Shown: in pieces, positions 13,240 to 26,445 of the stretch
Layout of the letters: each line of letters opens with the position of its first letter
Position numbering within the stretch: the stretch's first letter is position 1
From: Mobula hypostoma
Taxonomy: Eukaryota
NCBI RefSeq assembly: GCF_963921235.1
Contig: NC_086097.1
Span: forward strand, 27,592,001-27,656,000
Direction of reading: 5' to 3'
Length of the DNA: 64,000 nt
The notes under the pieces: generated by a model
What the model saw: the letters and a program-made list of their open reading frames with translations, nothing else
What the model was told of the DNA's origin: nothing
Databases searched by the model: none
Translations under genes and position numbers: made by a program

Positions 13240-13925
13240 ATACATCTACCGCAATGAAGTGCTTCAAGAGATTGATTTTAGCATAAATCAACTCCAGCCT
13301 CAGAAATGACCTGGATCCTCTATAATTTGCCTATGCCATAACAAGTCAACAGCAGATGCTATTTCACTGCCTGTCCATTTAGTTCTGGATCATCTGGACA
13401 ACAGTAGTGCATGCATCAGGCTGCTGTTCATCGACTACACTTCAACATTCAACATTATCATCAGCAAAAAATTAGTACTACATTCCTGGACCTGGACCTC
13501 TCTGTTCACAACTGGATCCTTAACTTCCTCATCCAGAGACCACACTAAGTAGTGATCGGTTACAATATCTCCTCTTCGCTGGCAATCAACGCGGGTGTAC
13601 ATCAAGGCTGCATGCTTCACCCTTTGCTCTGTTCTCTGTATACTTATGACTATGTGGTTTAGCACAGCTCCAATACCATCTGTAAATTCTGTGCTGTTGG
13701 CTGAATCACAAGGGGTAATGAGTCAGAATCTAGGAGTGAGATAGAACATCTGGTTGACTGGTACTGCAATAACAACCTCACACTTCATGTCAACAAAACC
13801 ACAGAGCTAATAGTTGACTTCAGAATGGGGAAGTTGGCAGACTATATGCCAGTTTTCATTGGTAGGCCAGAGACAGAAAGAATAAACAGCTTCAAATTCC
13901 TGAGCATTAATATCTTGGACAAACT
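13240..13925 (+). mobile_element. Rex1/Babar LINE RT fragment
   Basis: Degenerate RT motifs DHLDNSSACIRLLFIDYTSTFN and GVHQGCMLHPLLCSLYTYD. Confidence 0.8.
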
Positions 13926-14561
13926 AAAGTCAGTGGGAATGGGGGGGAAGTCATCGCCACTGGCTGGAGTTACGACTCACAATGTACGGCAAAGTGGTTA
14001 ATAGCCAAACATCTCAGGTACAGGATATAAACAAAGTACTGCCTCAGGGATCTGTCCTAATCCAGTTAGTACTTTAAGCTGCTTCATGATTTATTTTGCA
14101 TGAGGATTTTACAGTATTAAGTTTTATTCATAATTTCCAAAATAATGAGGTAGTCTGTCCTCTTTGGTGACATTACATAATGTCATAATCATAATCTAAT
14201 CTAATCTAAAATTAAGGTATATAACATTAACTCCATTCAAACATCAGGCAGTGACCAATTCCAAGGAAGCAGCTTCAAATATCTCTCTTTAACAATTAAA
14301 GACTTTGCAAAATACCATACCATCAACATTCTGGATAGAATAACCATTAACTAGCCACAGAAACAGCATGGCCACATAAGTAGATTGGAGTTTGGCTTTT
14401 CTGTGGCAAATAACTCACCTACTGTCTGGATACCAGTAGCGTCAACAACACGCAATAAGTTCAAGAGGACTCAAGAATGCATTTCAACCCAAGAGCAATT
14501 ACTAATGAGCAACAAACAGCATCAGTCATAAAAGTCACTTCTAAGGGCACCTTAATCATAC

Positions 14562-14605
14562 TTCAGCCATGAAGATCAGGCGATGAGCAACCTTGTTGAA
14601 TAAGC
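14562..14605 (-). CDS. Candidate exon D of host gene (GLFNKVAHRLIFMAE)
   Basis: Acceptor tgctgtttgtctgacag|GC and donor GAA|gtatga. 44 nt. Only the phase-1 frame is open, which matches exon C. Confidence 0.5.
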
Positions 14606-17600
14606 CTGTCAGACAAACAGCACAGGTGTTGGGCTGCTGCATCTGGTGATATTGAACCACAGGTTCTTCAGAAGTAAAGAATGAAGCATACAAGTTGGTG
14701 GTTATGTCCATTTTTATTAAATGTTAAAATAACAAAGAAAGAAGCGAAGAAAAATAAATTGTGGTTGCCTCAAACTCAGATCAGAGATGAAGCATATCCC
14801 ACTGATAAAAGTTAGTCTGATTCAAGTGGCATGGCACCTACTGCAGAAAAACTGAGAAGCTTCTCGAAAACACATAGTCAGCTATACTACAATTACCTGA
14901 AAATTTACAATTACCTGAACAGTTACATGTATATGCTGTAGGTGATTACATAAAAATTATAAGCAAGAATTTTCTTATTTTTTGTAGTTAAAACTACAAC
15001 AAAATTACTAGAAAAGTAACAATTCTACACCCTAATCCACCAGGGTGTAATTTGTTCAGTCTTTCTCCCCTTTTTGCATTTGCGATATCTTATAGATTTC
15101 AGAGCTTTCTCTCTGCCGCACAATTCAAAGGTTTACATTGAGATCACTCTTGCTGGGTTGGTAGCATACGTAAATCACAATTAACATCAGAGCAGAGCCA
15201 GACATGAATGTCAGGCTTGCAGTGTTACGGGGATTAATTACATTAAGATACATTTAATTTGAGCTGCAGCCAACAAGAGTGCTTAGTGCAGTACTTCTAC
15301 CTAGTCATGCTGTTGCTGCAGCTTGCTGCTATGTCGTTTCTTTGTTCATGCTTCAGTACACAATAACATTACAGGAGGGCTGCGTTCCTACAAACCCAAA
15401 TTTATTGTGCATTTCAATAATGTAAAGCCACATCATCTGCGGGAGGACCCAGAGGAAACCCACATAGCCATGAGGAAAACGTACAAACTCCTTATAGACA
15501 GCAATAAGAATCAAATCTCAATCTTACAGCTGACGCTGTAAGGCAATTGCACTAACCACTATGCTACTGTGCTGCCGGTGCAGTAGCTTTGCAGATGGAT
15601 AAGGTGGTAAAGAAGGCACATGGCATGCCGACCTTCATTGATAAAGGCCATCTTAATGCACTCTTACTGGTAATGACTGTTATTCACAAATGCAAAAGAC
15701 AGTAGACTCTTGCTCATTCCTGGCTATTGATGCTAGTCTACATCATCCATTAACTCTACAGCCCCTAAGTTCTAAGGGTTAGTTAATAGCCCTCTTGAAA
15801 AGATCGAACAAGAAGTGCCAATGTAACAGTGTACACATCCATCGGAAAACCCAAAATTTCAGGTTACAACTAAACTATTTTACTCAATGTTTCTTGCAGA
15901 TGCAAGTCTAGCTGAATTTGACAATGAAGCATTACTGCAGCCGCCAACAATGATCCAGACAGGTGCTCTTCTCCAAGTTTATTACAATGCCCAATCTCTT
16001 CTGACCAGACAATTGTATTATTAATGAAAGTAAAATTCAGCAGTTTCTTTACAATTTATATCTCTGTATTATTTATTTATTTTCCACTAGTATTATTATT
16101 TTGCATGATTTGTCTTCTTTGCACATTGGTTGTGTGTCTGTTTTTCATAAATTCTATTGTACTGTATTTCATTATTTTCCTGTAAATGCCTGCAAGGAAA
16201 TAAATTTCAAGGTACTAAATGTTAACATATTGAGTGCCTAAGACTTTTGTACAGCACTGTGGTAATTTTATGTTTAAGATCAATTGCACAGATTACAGGA
16301 AAGATATGTTCCTATAAAAAGGAATGACGGGGATAGAAAGACAAGAGAGGTGATGAATTTAGTCAAGAAGAAAAAAAAGGATGTAAAGCTTTGGTATACG
16401 GAGGAATTTAAGCTGGGGGGTTATATGGGAGGCAGAGTTTAAGGGTCGGCACAACATTGTGGGCTGAAGGGTCTGTACTGTGCTGTACTATTCTATGTTC
16501 TATGTTCTATAAGTCAGGATAAAAAAGAAGCATATGAGGAATATAAAGAAGCCCGAGAAGAACTAAAGAAAGGAATTAGGAAAGCCAGGAGGGGCTATGA
16601 AAAGTCCTTGGCAAGTAGGATTAAGGTGAGTTCCAAGGCATTCTACACATGCATCAAGAGCAACAGAATAGCTAAGGCAAGGTGGAAGCACTCAAGGATA
16701 AAGGAGGGAACATTTGTTTGGATGCAGATAATGTGAGGGAGGTACTTACTGAGCACTTCAGTATTTACCAACGAAAAGCATAAGGAGTACCAGGAGATCA
16801 GTGCTGAATAGATAAATATGTAACAGCATTTAGAGGTCAACAAGGAGGAAGTGTTGGGCCTCCGAATGAGTATTAAGGTGGATATGTCTCCAGGGTCTGA
16901 CAGAATTTACCCCAGGTTGTGGAAGGAGGTAAGAGATGAGATTGCTGAGCTCTCAACCAGTATCTTTGTGTCCTCTCTAGCAGCAGGCGAAGTCCCAGAG
17001 CACTGGCGTGTAACTAATGCTGTACCTCTATTTAAGAAGGGAACTAGGGAAAATCCTGGGAACTATAGACTGGTGAGTCTCATGTCAGTTGTAGGGAAAT
17101 TGCTGGAGAAAATTCTTAGGAATAGGGTATATGAGCATTTGGAAATATATCAGCGTGGCTCTGTGCAGGGCAGATCATGCCTTACCAACTTGACTGAGAT
17201 TTTTGACAAGGTGATGGGAGAGATTGATGAGGGTAGGGTAGTGAATGTTGTATACACAGACTTTAGTAAGGCTTTGACAAAGTCCTCATGGGAGGATAAT
17301 CCAGAAGATTAAGATGCAGGGGATAACAGGGAATTGGCTGCTTGGGTTCAGAACTGGCTTGTGCATAGAAGACAGAGGGTAGTGTTTGAAGGGACTTATT
17401 TGAGCTAGATGTCTATAAATTAGAAAATAAATATACCAAATATACTTTATATAAGTGACCTGGATGAAAATGTAGATACGCAAACACGAGGAAATCTGTA
17501 GATGCTGGAATTTCAAGCAACACACATAAAAGTTGCCGGAGTACGCAGCAAGCCAGGCAGCATCTCTAGGAAGAGGTACAGTCGACGTTTCGTCAGGACT

Positions 17601-17760
17601 AACTGAAGGAAGAGCTAGGAAGAGATTTGAAAGTGTGAGGGGGAGGGGGAGATCCGAAATGATAAGAGAAGACAGGAGTGGGAGGGATGGAACCAAGAGC
17701 TGGACAGGTGATTGGCAAAAGGAATAAGGGAGGATCATGGGACAGGAGGCCCAGGGAGAA

Positions 17761-18796
17761 ACATAGAAACATAGAAAATAGGTGCAGGAGTAGGCCATTC
17801 GGCCCTTCGAGCCTGCACCGCCATTTATTATGATCATGGCTGATCATCCAACTCAGAACCCTGCACCAGCCTTCCCTCCATACCCCCTGATCCCCGTAGC
17901 CACAAGGGCCATATCTAACTCCCTCTTAAATATAGTCAATGAACTGGCCTCAACTGTTTCCTGTGGCAGAGAATTCCACAGATTCACCACTCTCTGTGTG
18001 AAGAAGTTTTTCCTAATCTCAGTCCTAAAAGGCTTCCCCCTTATCCTCAAACTGTGACCCCTCGTTCTGGACTTCCCCAACATCGGGAACAATCTTCCTG
18101 CATCTAGCCTATCCAATCCTTTTAGGATTTTATACGTTTCAATCAGATCCCCCCTCAATCTTCTAAATTCCAACGAGTACAAGCCTAGTTCATCCAGTCT
18201 TTCTTCATATGAAAGTCCTGCCATCCCAGGAATCAATCTGGTGAACCTTCTTTGTACTCCCTCTATGGCAAGGATGTCTTTCCTCAGATTAGGGGACCAA
18301 AACTGCACACAATACTCCAGGTGTGGTCTCACCAAGGCCTTGTACAACTGCAGTAGTACCTCCCTGCTCCTGTACTCGAATCCTCTCGCTATAAATGCCA
18401 GCATACCATTTGCCTTTTTCACCGCCTGCTGTACCTGCATGCCCACTTTCAATGACTGGTGTATAATGACACCCAGGTCTCGTTGCACCTCCCCTTTTCC
18501 TAATTGGCCACCATTCAGATAATAATCTGTTTTCCTATTTTTGCCACCAAAGTGGATAACTTCACATTTATCCACATTAAATTGTATCTGCCATGAATTT
18601 GCCCACTCACCCAACCTATCCAAGTCACCCTGCATCCTCTTAGCATCCTCCTCTGCCGCCCAGCTTCGTGTCATCCGCAAACTTGGAGATGCTGCATTTA
18701 ATTCCCTCATCCAAGTCATTAATATATATTGTAAACAACTGGGGTCCCAGCACTGAGCCTTGCGGTACCCCACTAGTCACTGCCTGCCATTCTGAA
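17761..18796 (-). mobile_element. Young 5'-truncated CR1 nested in the PLE arm
   Basis: Almost uninterrupted ORF2 C-terminus (ORF 17853-18773, with one small deletion after FADDTKLGG). The (catagaaa)n 3' microsatellite is at the low-coordinate end. Confidence 0.92.
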
Positions 18797-19456
18797 AAAG
18801 AAAGAAAAGGGGGAGTGGGGGAAAACCCAGAGGATGGGCGAGGGGTATAGTGAGAGGGACAGAGGGAGAAAGAGGAGAGAGAGAGAAAGAATGTGTGTAT
18901 ATAAATAAATAAATAACGGATGGGGTACGAGGGGGAGGTGGGGCATTAGCGGAAGTTTGAGAAGTCAATGTTCATGCCATCAGGTTGGAGGCTACCCAGG
19001 TAAAGACAAAGCCACACTCAGGTTGGAGGACATCCATGGCCTCCTCTACTGTAAAGATGAAGCCACACTCAGGTTGGAGGAACAACACCTTATATTCCAG
19101 CTGGGTAGCCTCCAACCTGATGGCATGAACAATGACTTCTCAAACTTCCGCTAATGCCCCACCTCCCCCATGTACCCTATCCATTATTTATTTATTTATA
19201 TGCACACATTCTTTTGTTCTCGCTCTCCTTTTTCTCCCTCTGTCCCTCTCACTATACCACTTGCCCATCCTCTGGGCTTCCCCCTCCCCCATTTCTTTCT
19301 CCCTAGGCCTCCTGTCCCATGATCCTCTCATATCCATTTTGCCAATCAACTGTCCTGCTCTTGGCTCCATCCCTCCCCCTCCTGACTTCTCCTATCATTT
19401 CGGATCTCCTCCTCCCCCTCCCACTTTCAAATCTCTTACTAGCTCTTCTTTCAGTT

Positions 19457-19493
19457 AGTCCTGACGAAGGGTCTCGGCCCGAAACGTCAACTG
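19457..19493 (+). ncRNA. Minimal type-I hammerhead ribozyme motif in PLE terminus
   Basis: AGUC-CUGACGA-A-GGGU(CUCG)GCCC-GAAA-CGUC^AACUG. The conserved core is complete, with a 4-bp stem II and a GUC cleavage triplet. There is one mismatch at the base of stem I. Confidence 0.75.
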
Positions 19494-20572
19494 TACCTCT
19501 TCCTAGAGATGCTGCCTGGCCTGCTGCATTCACCAGCAAATTTCATGAAAATGTAGACAGGTGAGTTAGTAAATTTGCAAGACTGCTGGAGTTGTGGATA
19601 GTGTAGAAGACTGGCAAAAAATATAGAACGATATAGATCAGTTGCAGATATGGGCTGAGAGATGGCAGATGGAGTTTAATCCAGATAAATGTGAGGTTTT
19701 ACACCTCAGTCGGGTAAATGTAAGGAGGCAGTACATTGATAAGGGCAAGGCCTGCAAGGAGATCTTGGGATCCAAGTTCATAGCTCCTTGAAAATGGTTA
19801 CACATGTTGAGAGGGTGCAGGAGGCTTATGGAATGCTTGCTTTTACTAGTCGAGGCATTGAGTTTAAAAGTCAGGAGATTGTGTTGCAATTTTATAAAAC
19901 TCTGATTAGGCCACAGCTGGAGTATTGCATACAGTTCTGGTCATCCCACTATAGGAAGGACGTTGAGACTTTGAAGAGGGTGCAGAAGAGGTTTACCAAG
20001 GTGCTATCTGGTTTAGAAGGCATGTGCTATCATGAGAGGCTGGATAAACATGGGCTGTTTTCTCCAGAGCAATGGAGGCTGAGGGGAGATCTGATAGAGG
20101 TTTACAAGATTATGAGAGGCACAGAGATTATGAGAGTGGACAGAGAGTACCTGTTTCCTAGAGTTGAAATGTCTAATACCAGAGGGCATGCATTGAGATG
20201 AGAGGGGATAGGTTCAAGGGGGATGTGAGTGGAAACCTGGAATGCACAGGTAGAGGCAAATACATTAGAGGTTTTTAAGATATGTTTAGATAGGCAAAGG
20301 ATGTAAGGAAGATGGAGTGACATGGACATGGTGTAGGTAGGAGGGATTAGTGTCTGGATGTTTTAGATTTGCTTTTTAGCTGGTTCGGCACAACATTGTT
20401 GGCTAAATGGCCTGTTCCTGTGCTGTATTATTCTATGTATTGCACTGCACTGTGGCTGCAAAAAAAACCAAAACAAATTTCATGAAATATGTGAGTGATG
20501 ATAAACCTGATTCTGTTATGGTTCCTTATTGTGGACTGAGAATGGGAAGGGCCAGGGAGAGGGGAATAATAG

Positions 20573-21130
20573 CAGACATGCCACCTCTCCCGGAAGTTCC
20601 GGGAGTCTCCTGCATATTAATAGTTGCTCCCTGATGCCTGCAAATTATATACAATATCATGGAAATCAATTTTTTTGAGAGCGAGCGAGAGAAAGCAAGA
20701 AAGAGCGCAAGGGAGAGAGAGCATGAGAGCAACCACGAGAGAGAGAGAGAGAGTGAGCGAGAGAGAGAGCAAGAGCGCGCCATGGCAGAGTGTTCCAAAA
20801 AAAAATATAAAACATACGTCACCCCAGACTACCCTAAAGTGTACCCCTGCCTAATAGGGGTCAAAATAATTACAGTGTTGCTCGCTGCGCTGTTTGCAAC
20901 AGTGACTTTTCTATTGCCCGTGGTGGGTTAAGACTGTAAAAGACATGTTGAGGTGAGTTTAACGGGTGTCATTCATTCATTAGCATAGCTAACGTTATTT
21001 AAACTAGCTGGCTAGCTGCTAAGGAGCTACTCTATTGCAGACATCCCACCTCTCCCGGAAGTTCCAAGAGTCTCCCTCAAATTGATGGTGCTACCTCCCT
21101 GAAATGAGTCTTTGCAGGGTGGGATGTCTG
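20573..21130 (+). mobile_element. hAT-superfamily non-autonomous element with 6-bp TSD and BED zinc-finger remnant
   Basis: TIR cagacat(g/c)ccacc / ggtgggatgtctg. TSD taatag at 20567-20572 and 21131-21136. Frameshifted MAECSKKKYK...ARCAVCNSDFSIARGGL.DCKRHVE|gtgagt at about 20782-20952. Confidence 0.8.
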
Positions 21131-22957
21131 TAATAGTTGGGAAAGGGGGAAGGGAGAGGGGAGGAGGCTGGAAGCACCAGAGAGACATTATGTAATGATC
21201 AATAAACCAAATGTTTGGAATCAAATCACCTTGCCTGGTGTCTCAGGGATGGGTGTATCTGCACTCGCATCACTCCCTGCCCCTGTCACCTGTCCCACAC
21301 GCCTCCCATGGTACTCCACCCTTGTCATTCCCAACATCCGTAGCTCCTGTCAGATTTACAAACTTGCTCTCTGCTTCACATTTACAAATATAGTACTGTG
21401 CAAAAGTCTTAGGCACCCTAGCTATTCATATGTATACACACTATGATAATTAATTTACCTTGAACTTTAAACTTTGATTTTTAATTTAATCAAAGCCTCC
21501 TGAATACCTTTATTAACACAGTGATATCTAAGGTAATTCAATAAGGTTTTGGAATTCTCTTTAATTCTGTTGTCCAGGGACATTTCACTGTTGTCTAGGA
21601 AGAAGGTTGGGGAGGATGCAAACTTAAGGGAGGAGGACTTCTTTATCTGTGTCAGCCTCCGTGACTCTGAGTGCTTTTCAATGGTAAAAGTTAACAGAAA
21701 CTCATTTTCTTTTTTGTAGCTTCACTTGTGAAGTGATGTCCTATTCCAAAATAATACTTCAAGTATAACTCCAAAATGACCTTGAGTATATTTTAAACAA
21801 AACAGTAACTGTCCCTTGGGTTCCAATGATAAAACTGCAATCAGGAGTCAAGATTCAAGATTCATTGTCATTCTTCAGTACACAAGTATAAAGGTGAATG
21901 AAATGATTTTTACTCTGAATCTGATGCAGCATAAGAAGACAAGAAGTATAAAGAATGCAAAAAAAAACACAATAAGTACAAATATAGAAGCAATCCTATA
22001 AAACACAATGTACATAGACTGATTGTGACACTGAGTGATGTTTATGCAGTGGTGAGATGTTTTAATCAGCCTGACGGCTTAGGGAAATAAATGTTTTTGA
22101 AAGGAACTTTGTTACGTGATGCTGCTGCACTGATATGTACTATTTACCCTCCCTGGTGTTGTACCTAGAACACTATTTCAAAGTATTATTAGAATACAAT
22201 TGCAATTTGAATTTGTGGAACATAATCAAATTCTCAGAGGAAAAAGCAGAAACTCTTACATACCACTGGGATCAGTCTGAAGTGGGATTAGGGACTTTAT
22301 TTTGGATACTGTGATTTGCGTTTCCTGCAATTCCCAGATGTTACTACCTTTGCAAACTGGCAGAATCAGACTGAGTTGTGTGCTGGGCTGTAGTGGTATT
22401 ACTGAGATAATAAAATCAGCCTCAATGGAGGAAAGCTACACAATTGGGTTTAATAACTTTGGTTGATCTATAAGATAGTGTGCAAAAATATATGGCCACA
22501 GAAGCTGCCTGAACGTTGCAAACATAGAAGCAGAATACCACACAGAAACAGGTTCCTTGGACCATCTAGTCCATGCCAACCTGTTATTTTTGCCTTGTCC
22601 CATTAACCAATATTCAAGGAAGTGGAAGCAGTAACCATTTCTTTGCCTTCATATGATTTCTTAATGATATTCACAAACAATTGATATGAATGACCCAACA
22701 CCGAGAAGGAATGAAGCACATTTATTGTTTACCTGCGTCAAGTTCAAAGATATTCCAAAAAAAACCTACCCAGCTAAACAAGTGGTCACTGCTGTATGTA
22801 GTAAAGTGTGACACTTACTTGTGTAAAACATTGTCCCACAAATAGCACTTAAAGACTTTGGCCAAGAAATAACTGGGTCAGTGGGAGAACTCCTTTGTAA
22901 TTCACGCAATGGAAAATCCTTTATTACTCCACCAAAGATGCTTAAAAGTTCCAAAAC

Positions 22958-22970
22958 CCACCAGGGGGCA
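22958..22970 (+). promoter_or_regulatory. CTCF-like motif CCACCAGGGGGCA
   Basis: Close match to the vertebrate CTCF core consensus, about 50 bp into the intron after candidate exon C. This is a motif match only. Confidence 0.3.
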
Positions 22971-23020
22971 TTTCGACTGAACCAAACTGCTGGATTTAAT
23001 GATGCTGTAATCAGGCACAC

Positions 23021-23070
23021 CTTTTCCAGAATGAGGGCGAGGGTGAGGTTGTGACTGCACATATACCAGG
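23021..23070 (-). CDS. Candidate exon C of host gene (LVYVQSQPHPRPHSGK)
   Basis: Acceptor tttttttgatcag|CCT and donor AAG|gtgtgc. 50 nt, phase 2 in and phase 1 out, bridging exons B and D in frame. Confidence 0.55.
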
Positions 23071-23576
23071 CTGATCAAAAAAATTATGAGAAACAGACAG
23101 ATTGTGTCTTTCAAATGTTTAAATAACTGATACATATAAGATGGAAGGACACCCCTCTCCCCAAATTCCAGCAGAGAAGTATATGAAGGTGGCTAAAATG
23201 TATGAAGGACCTGATTAGGTAGGTCGTAGAACACTGCAGGAAGTTGGAGTTGATTTGGGGATAGTCAGTACACCTTTGTATGTGGGAGAACATTTCTCAA
23301 GAATTGAATTTGTTTTTTTAAAGAGGTAACCGAGAGAGTTAATGGGGCTGGGGTGGTGGACGTTGTCTATGTGAACTTAAGTAAGTCCTTTAGTAGGGTT
23401 CCACGTGGTAGGCTGCTATGAAGGTTGGATCACATTGGATTTAGGGAGAGCTGGCTGGTTGAATGCACAATTAGGTTGAGGGTGGAATGTGGAAGGTGAT
23501 GGTACAGGGTGGTTTTACGGATTGTGGATTGGGGTCGCATGACCAGTGGTTTTCACTTGGATTTAGTGCTGCGCCT

Positions 23577-25995
23577 GTTACGTTTTGTGACCTCAAAACA
23601 TAAAACTAATCAAAAGAAAAACACGAGACCAGGGATAAACGCGTGTACTCCACTTTTTTCTTTTAGTGAGGCACACATTTATGACATGGTGGAGTAATAA
23701 CATGTGCAATTCACATACTTCATTATATAACCCATATTGAATTATGTAAACAACAAAGAATGCATAATCAAATAATATATTTACAATAGACACAAGAGGT
23801 ATTGCAAATGCTGGAACCCAGAGCAATACACACTTCTGGTCAAGATGACGCCAGTGTGTAACGCTTCCTTGGTTGATATCTTCCAGATAGCACACGAAAA
23901 TGTCTGTTTTACTTCTTTTACACCTGGTTTTCACCCTAACTATGTTCCTGGGACTGTTAGTGCCTGTGATGTACAGTTTGGAGATCCATTAAGTGATCCA
24001 GTGCTTTGCTGTCTCCGAGAAGATTCAAGGAGCAAGCGCTTACTTGGACAGCGTCAATGCAAATAAATTTTGAGATGGAGCCGATGTTCGACTCCATTTC
24101 ACCAATTAAAGTGTTCATTAATCGCCGATTAAAGCATCAAGGAAGATTGAGACATCAAGATGAATGTGCAAAGCAGCAACTACCATTCTTTTGATTGCTG
24201 CCAGAGAATGAATCTGTGAGAGACCTATGAGGATCACAGTGGCAGGTGGATGGGCCTCTCTACCTCCTGTGGTGTCCCTTTCTTTTGATGAATGCTGGCG
24301 ATATCGTAGGATGGTATTGTGGCTCTGTGTTTATGGATTGGACTATTGTGTTTATAGACTGTGGACTTTTTAAGACTTATGGTTTTTATATTCTGCATTT
24401 TTTTTTATCGCCCCTTCCTTTTCTGTTTTTCTGTGTGAGGAGAGGGGGCTTGGGGATTGATGTTCTGTTGTATTCTGTTAGCTTTTTTGTGCAGAGGAGG
24501 GGTTGTTTTTTGGGGGGGTCAATGTTCCTGTTCGGTTTTATGCGAAGGGAAGGGTTTTGGGGCTTGATGATCCTGTTACCATTTGTTTTTTTTTGTGTGC
24601 GGGGAGTGGGTTTGATGTTTTCCTCTGATGTAGCATGCAAATTGTGAATAGATCTCCAAACAAGTTGTAGTTGTCACAGCCAATCACAGGCCACAATGCT
24701 GGCCCTCCTGCTTTTCCCACATCCAAGCCCAATGTGGCTTGGTGGTTGCTGTATTTCACTGTTATGAATTCCCATAGGAATTATCTTTCCTCCAGTATAA
24801 GTTATTTGTTGGATATCTGCAGGTTTCAGTTCAGTATCTTTGAAATGCCATTCAAACTCCTTTTGTGGAATGACTGAAAGAGCCGGGCCAGTGTCCAATT
24901 CCTTATTAATTAATTTGCCGTTCACTTCTGGTGTAAGCCATATTGCTTGTCTCTGGCTAGTTTTCACATTGTAAATCTCAATGCTGTGCAGTCCTGTATC
25001 ACTCCCATGATTATCAGATTTTTTTTTTATCAACAGCATGCCGATTAGTGCTCATTTGGAAACTGTAACTTAGCTTCTAATCTTTTTCTCTTCCCTGTGC
25101 AGTCTGCCTGCCATGCTCTTTTGTATGCGTCCTACTTTGTTGCACTTTCTGCAAGTTTCACCTTTAAACCTGCATTGGTCTGGTGTATGTGAGCTCCTGC
25201 CACAATGGGAACAAAATTTATTTGGCCAGGCAGATATTTGTTCAGATACTGCAATTTTGTTCATATTTACTTTCATTCCTGACTACATCTCAATTATGTC
25301 TCTGACGGCTATTTCCACTGATACAGCTATTTTAATTGCTCTTTTAAACAGGAGCCATTTTGAATGTTTTCCTGTAAGATTACACAAAATAAACAATCTG
25401 ACAGTGCATCATTAAGCTCACTGAACTGGCAATGTTCAATTTCTTCAAATCAGCCACGTACACTGAAATGGACTCCCTTTCCCTTCATTCTGCTTATGCA
25501 ACCTAGGGTATTCGGTAATCAACTATATTTCTGGTTCTAAATGTTCCTGCATTACTTTCACAATATCAGCAAATCTCATTTCGGCTGGTTTGGTTAGAAC
25601 AGTTACACTTTAAGCAGACTGTATGCTATTCCACCCACTGCACTCATTTTGCACTGAGCTTTTCATTTACCTTAAAATACAGGTCAGTTTGCACAGTATA
25701 CATATTACAGTTATGTGTTATGCAATGTGTTGTGCTGACTTTATGATGTATCCAGCTATTTCTGCTTTTTAAAAATTTATTATTACTATCACCCAGTGCT
25801 GTTTATGAACCCATAAATTTCATCCATTTTCTGCCTTTTTTTTAACTTAACCATGTTTCTCCCCCTTCCAAACAAAAATTGTGCTGCATTTTTTTAAAAA
25901 ACTCAAACATCTGTTTTTCCTTCTGAAGAAACAATATGCTGTGCTTCAACAGGTAGGTAGTCATCTTTGGTTTGTTTTACAACTTGCTCGTCTCT
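23577..25995 (-). mobile_element. Ty3/Gypsy LTR retrotransposon remnant (gag zinc knuckles and aspartic protease at 24645-25995; LTR-like 23577-23790), interrupted by other repeats
   Basis: CSHCGRSSHTPDQCRFKGETCRKCNKVG (tandem CCHC-type knuckles) and ELDTGPALSVI (retropepsin DTG motif). Confidence 0.8.
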
Positions 25996-26004
25996 ACTAT
26001 TATG

Positions 26005-26445
26005 GCTAATGAAATTTCTCCACATCTCTCTTTTAAATGGTCACTCCTCTATCCTGAGGCTGTGTCCTCTTGTCCGAGACTCCCCGATCATGGGAAACAC
26101 CCTTTCCACATCTACTCTGTCTAGGACTTGCAACATTCGAAAGCTTTCAGTAAGATCCCCCCCCCCATCCTTCTAAATTCCAGGGAGTACAGACCCAGAG
26201 CCATCAAACATTCCTCGCATGATAACCCTTTCATTCCCAGAATCATCCTTGTGAACTTCCTCTGAACCCTCTCCAACGCCAGCACATCTTTTCTTCAATG
26301 AGGAGCCCAAAACTGTTCACAATACTCAAGGTGAGGCCTCACTAGTGCCTTGTAGAGCCTCAGCATCACGTCCAGGCTCTTGTATTCTAGCCCTCTTGAA
26401 ATGAATTCGAACATTGCATTTACTTTTCTCTCTACCGACTCAATT
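26005..26445 (-). mobile_element. CR1 3' fragment
   Basis: Closely similar to the copy at about 45-440. Confidence 0.85.

Larger units (their letters stand above)
17477..19544. mobile_element. PLE-derived inverted-repeat insertion (minus arm 17477-17760 plus 18797-19000; plus arm 19001-19544)
   Basis: 13-bp TSD atgaaaatgtaga at 17464-17476 and 19545-19557. The arms are reverse complements. The plus arm encodes the GIY-YIG C-terminus LRLEEQHLIFQLGSLQPDGMN. Confidence 0.9.
16275..20440 (+). mobile_element. Degenerate CR1 LINE (16275-17476 and 19545-20440), host to nested insertions
   Basis: SPGSDRIYPR...FKKGTRENPGNYRLVSL and GRSCLTNL; C-terminal LIRPQLEYCIQFWS. It is contiguous across the PLE TSD. 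A short CR1 tail is also inserted at about 16390-16510. Confidence 0.9.

Noticed and set aside
20659..20931. Glu/Arg-rich ORF
   Set aside because: It is a translation of a (GA)n-like tract inside the hAT element. Only the BED-like part is meaningful.
22766..23062. 98-aa ORF as a long exon ending at gtaagt (about 22819)
   Set aside because: Its frame is incompatible with exon B and it runs through an apparent ancient SINE. The 50-nt exon fits both neighbouring phases.
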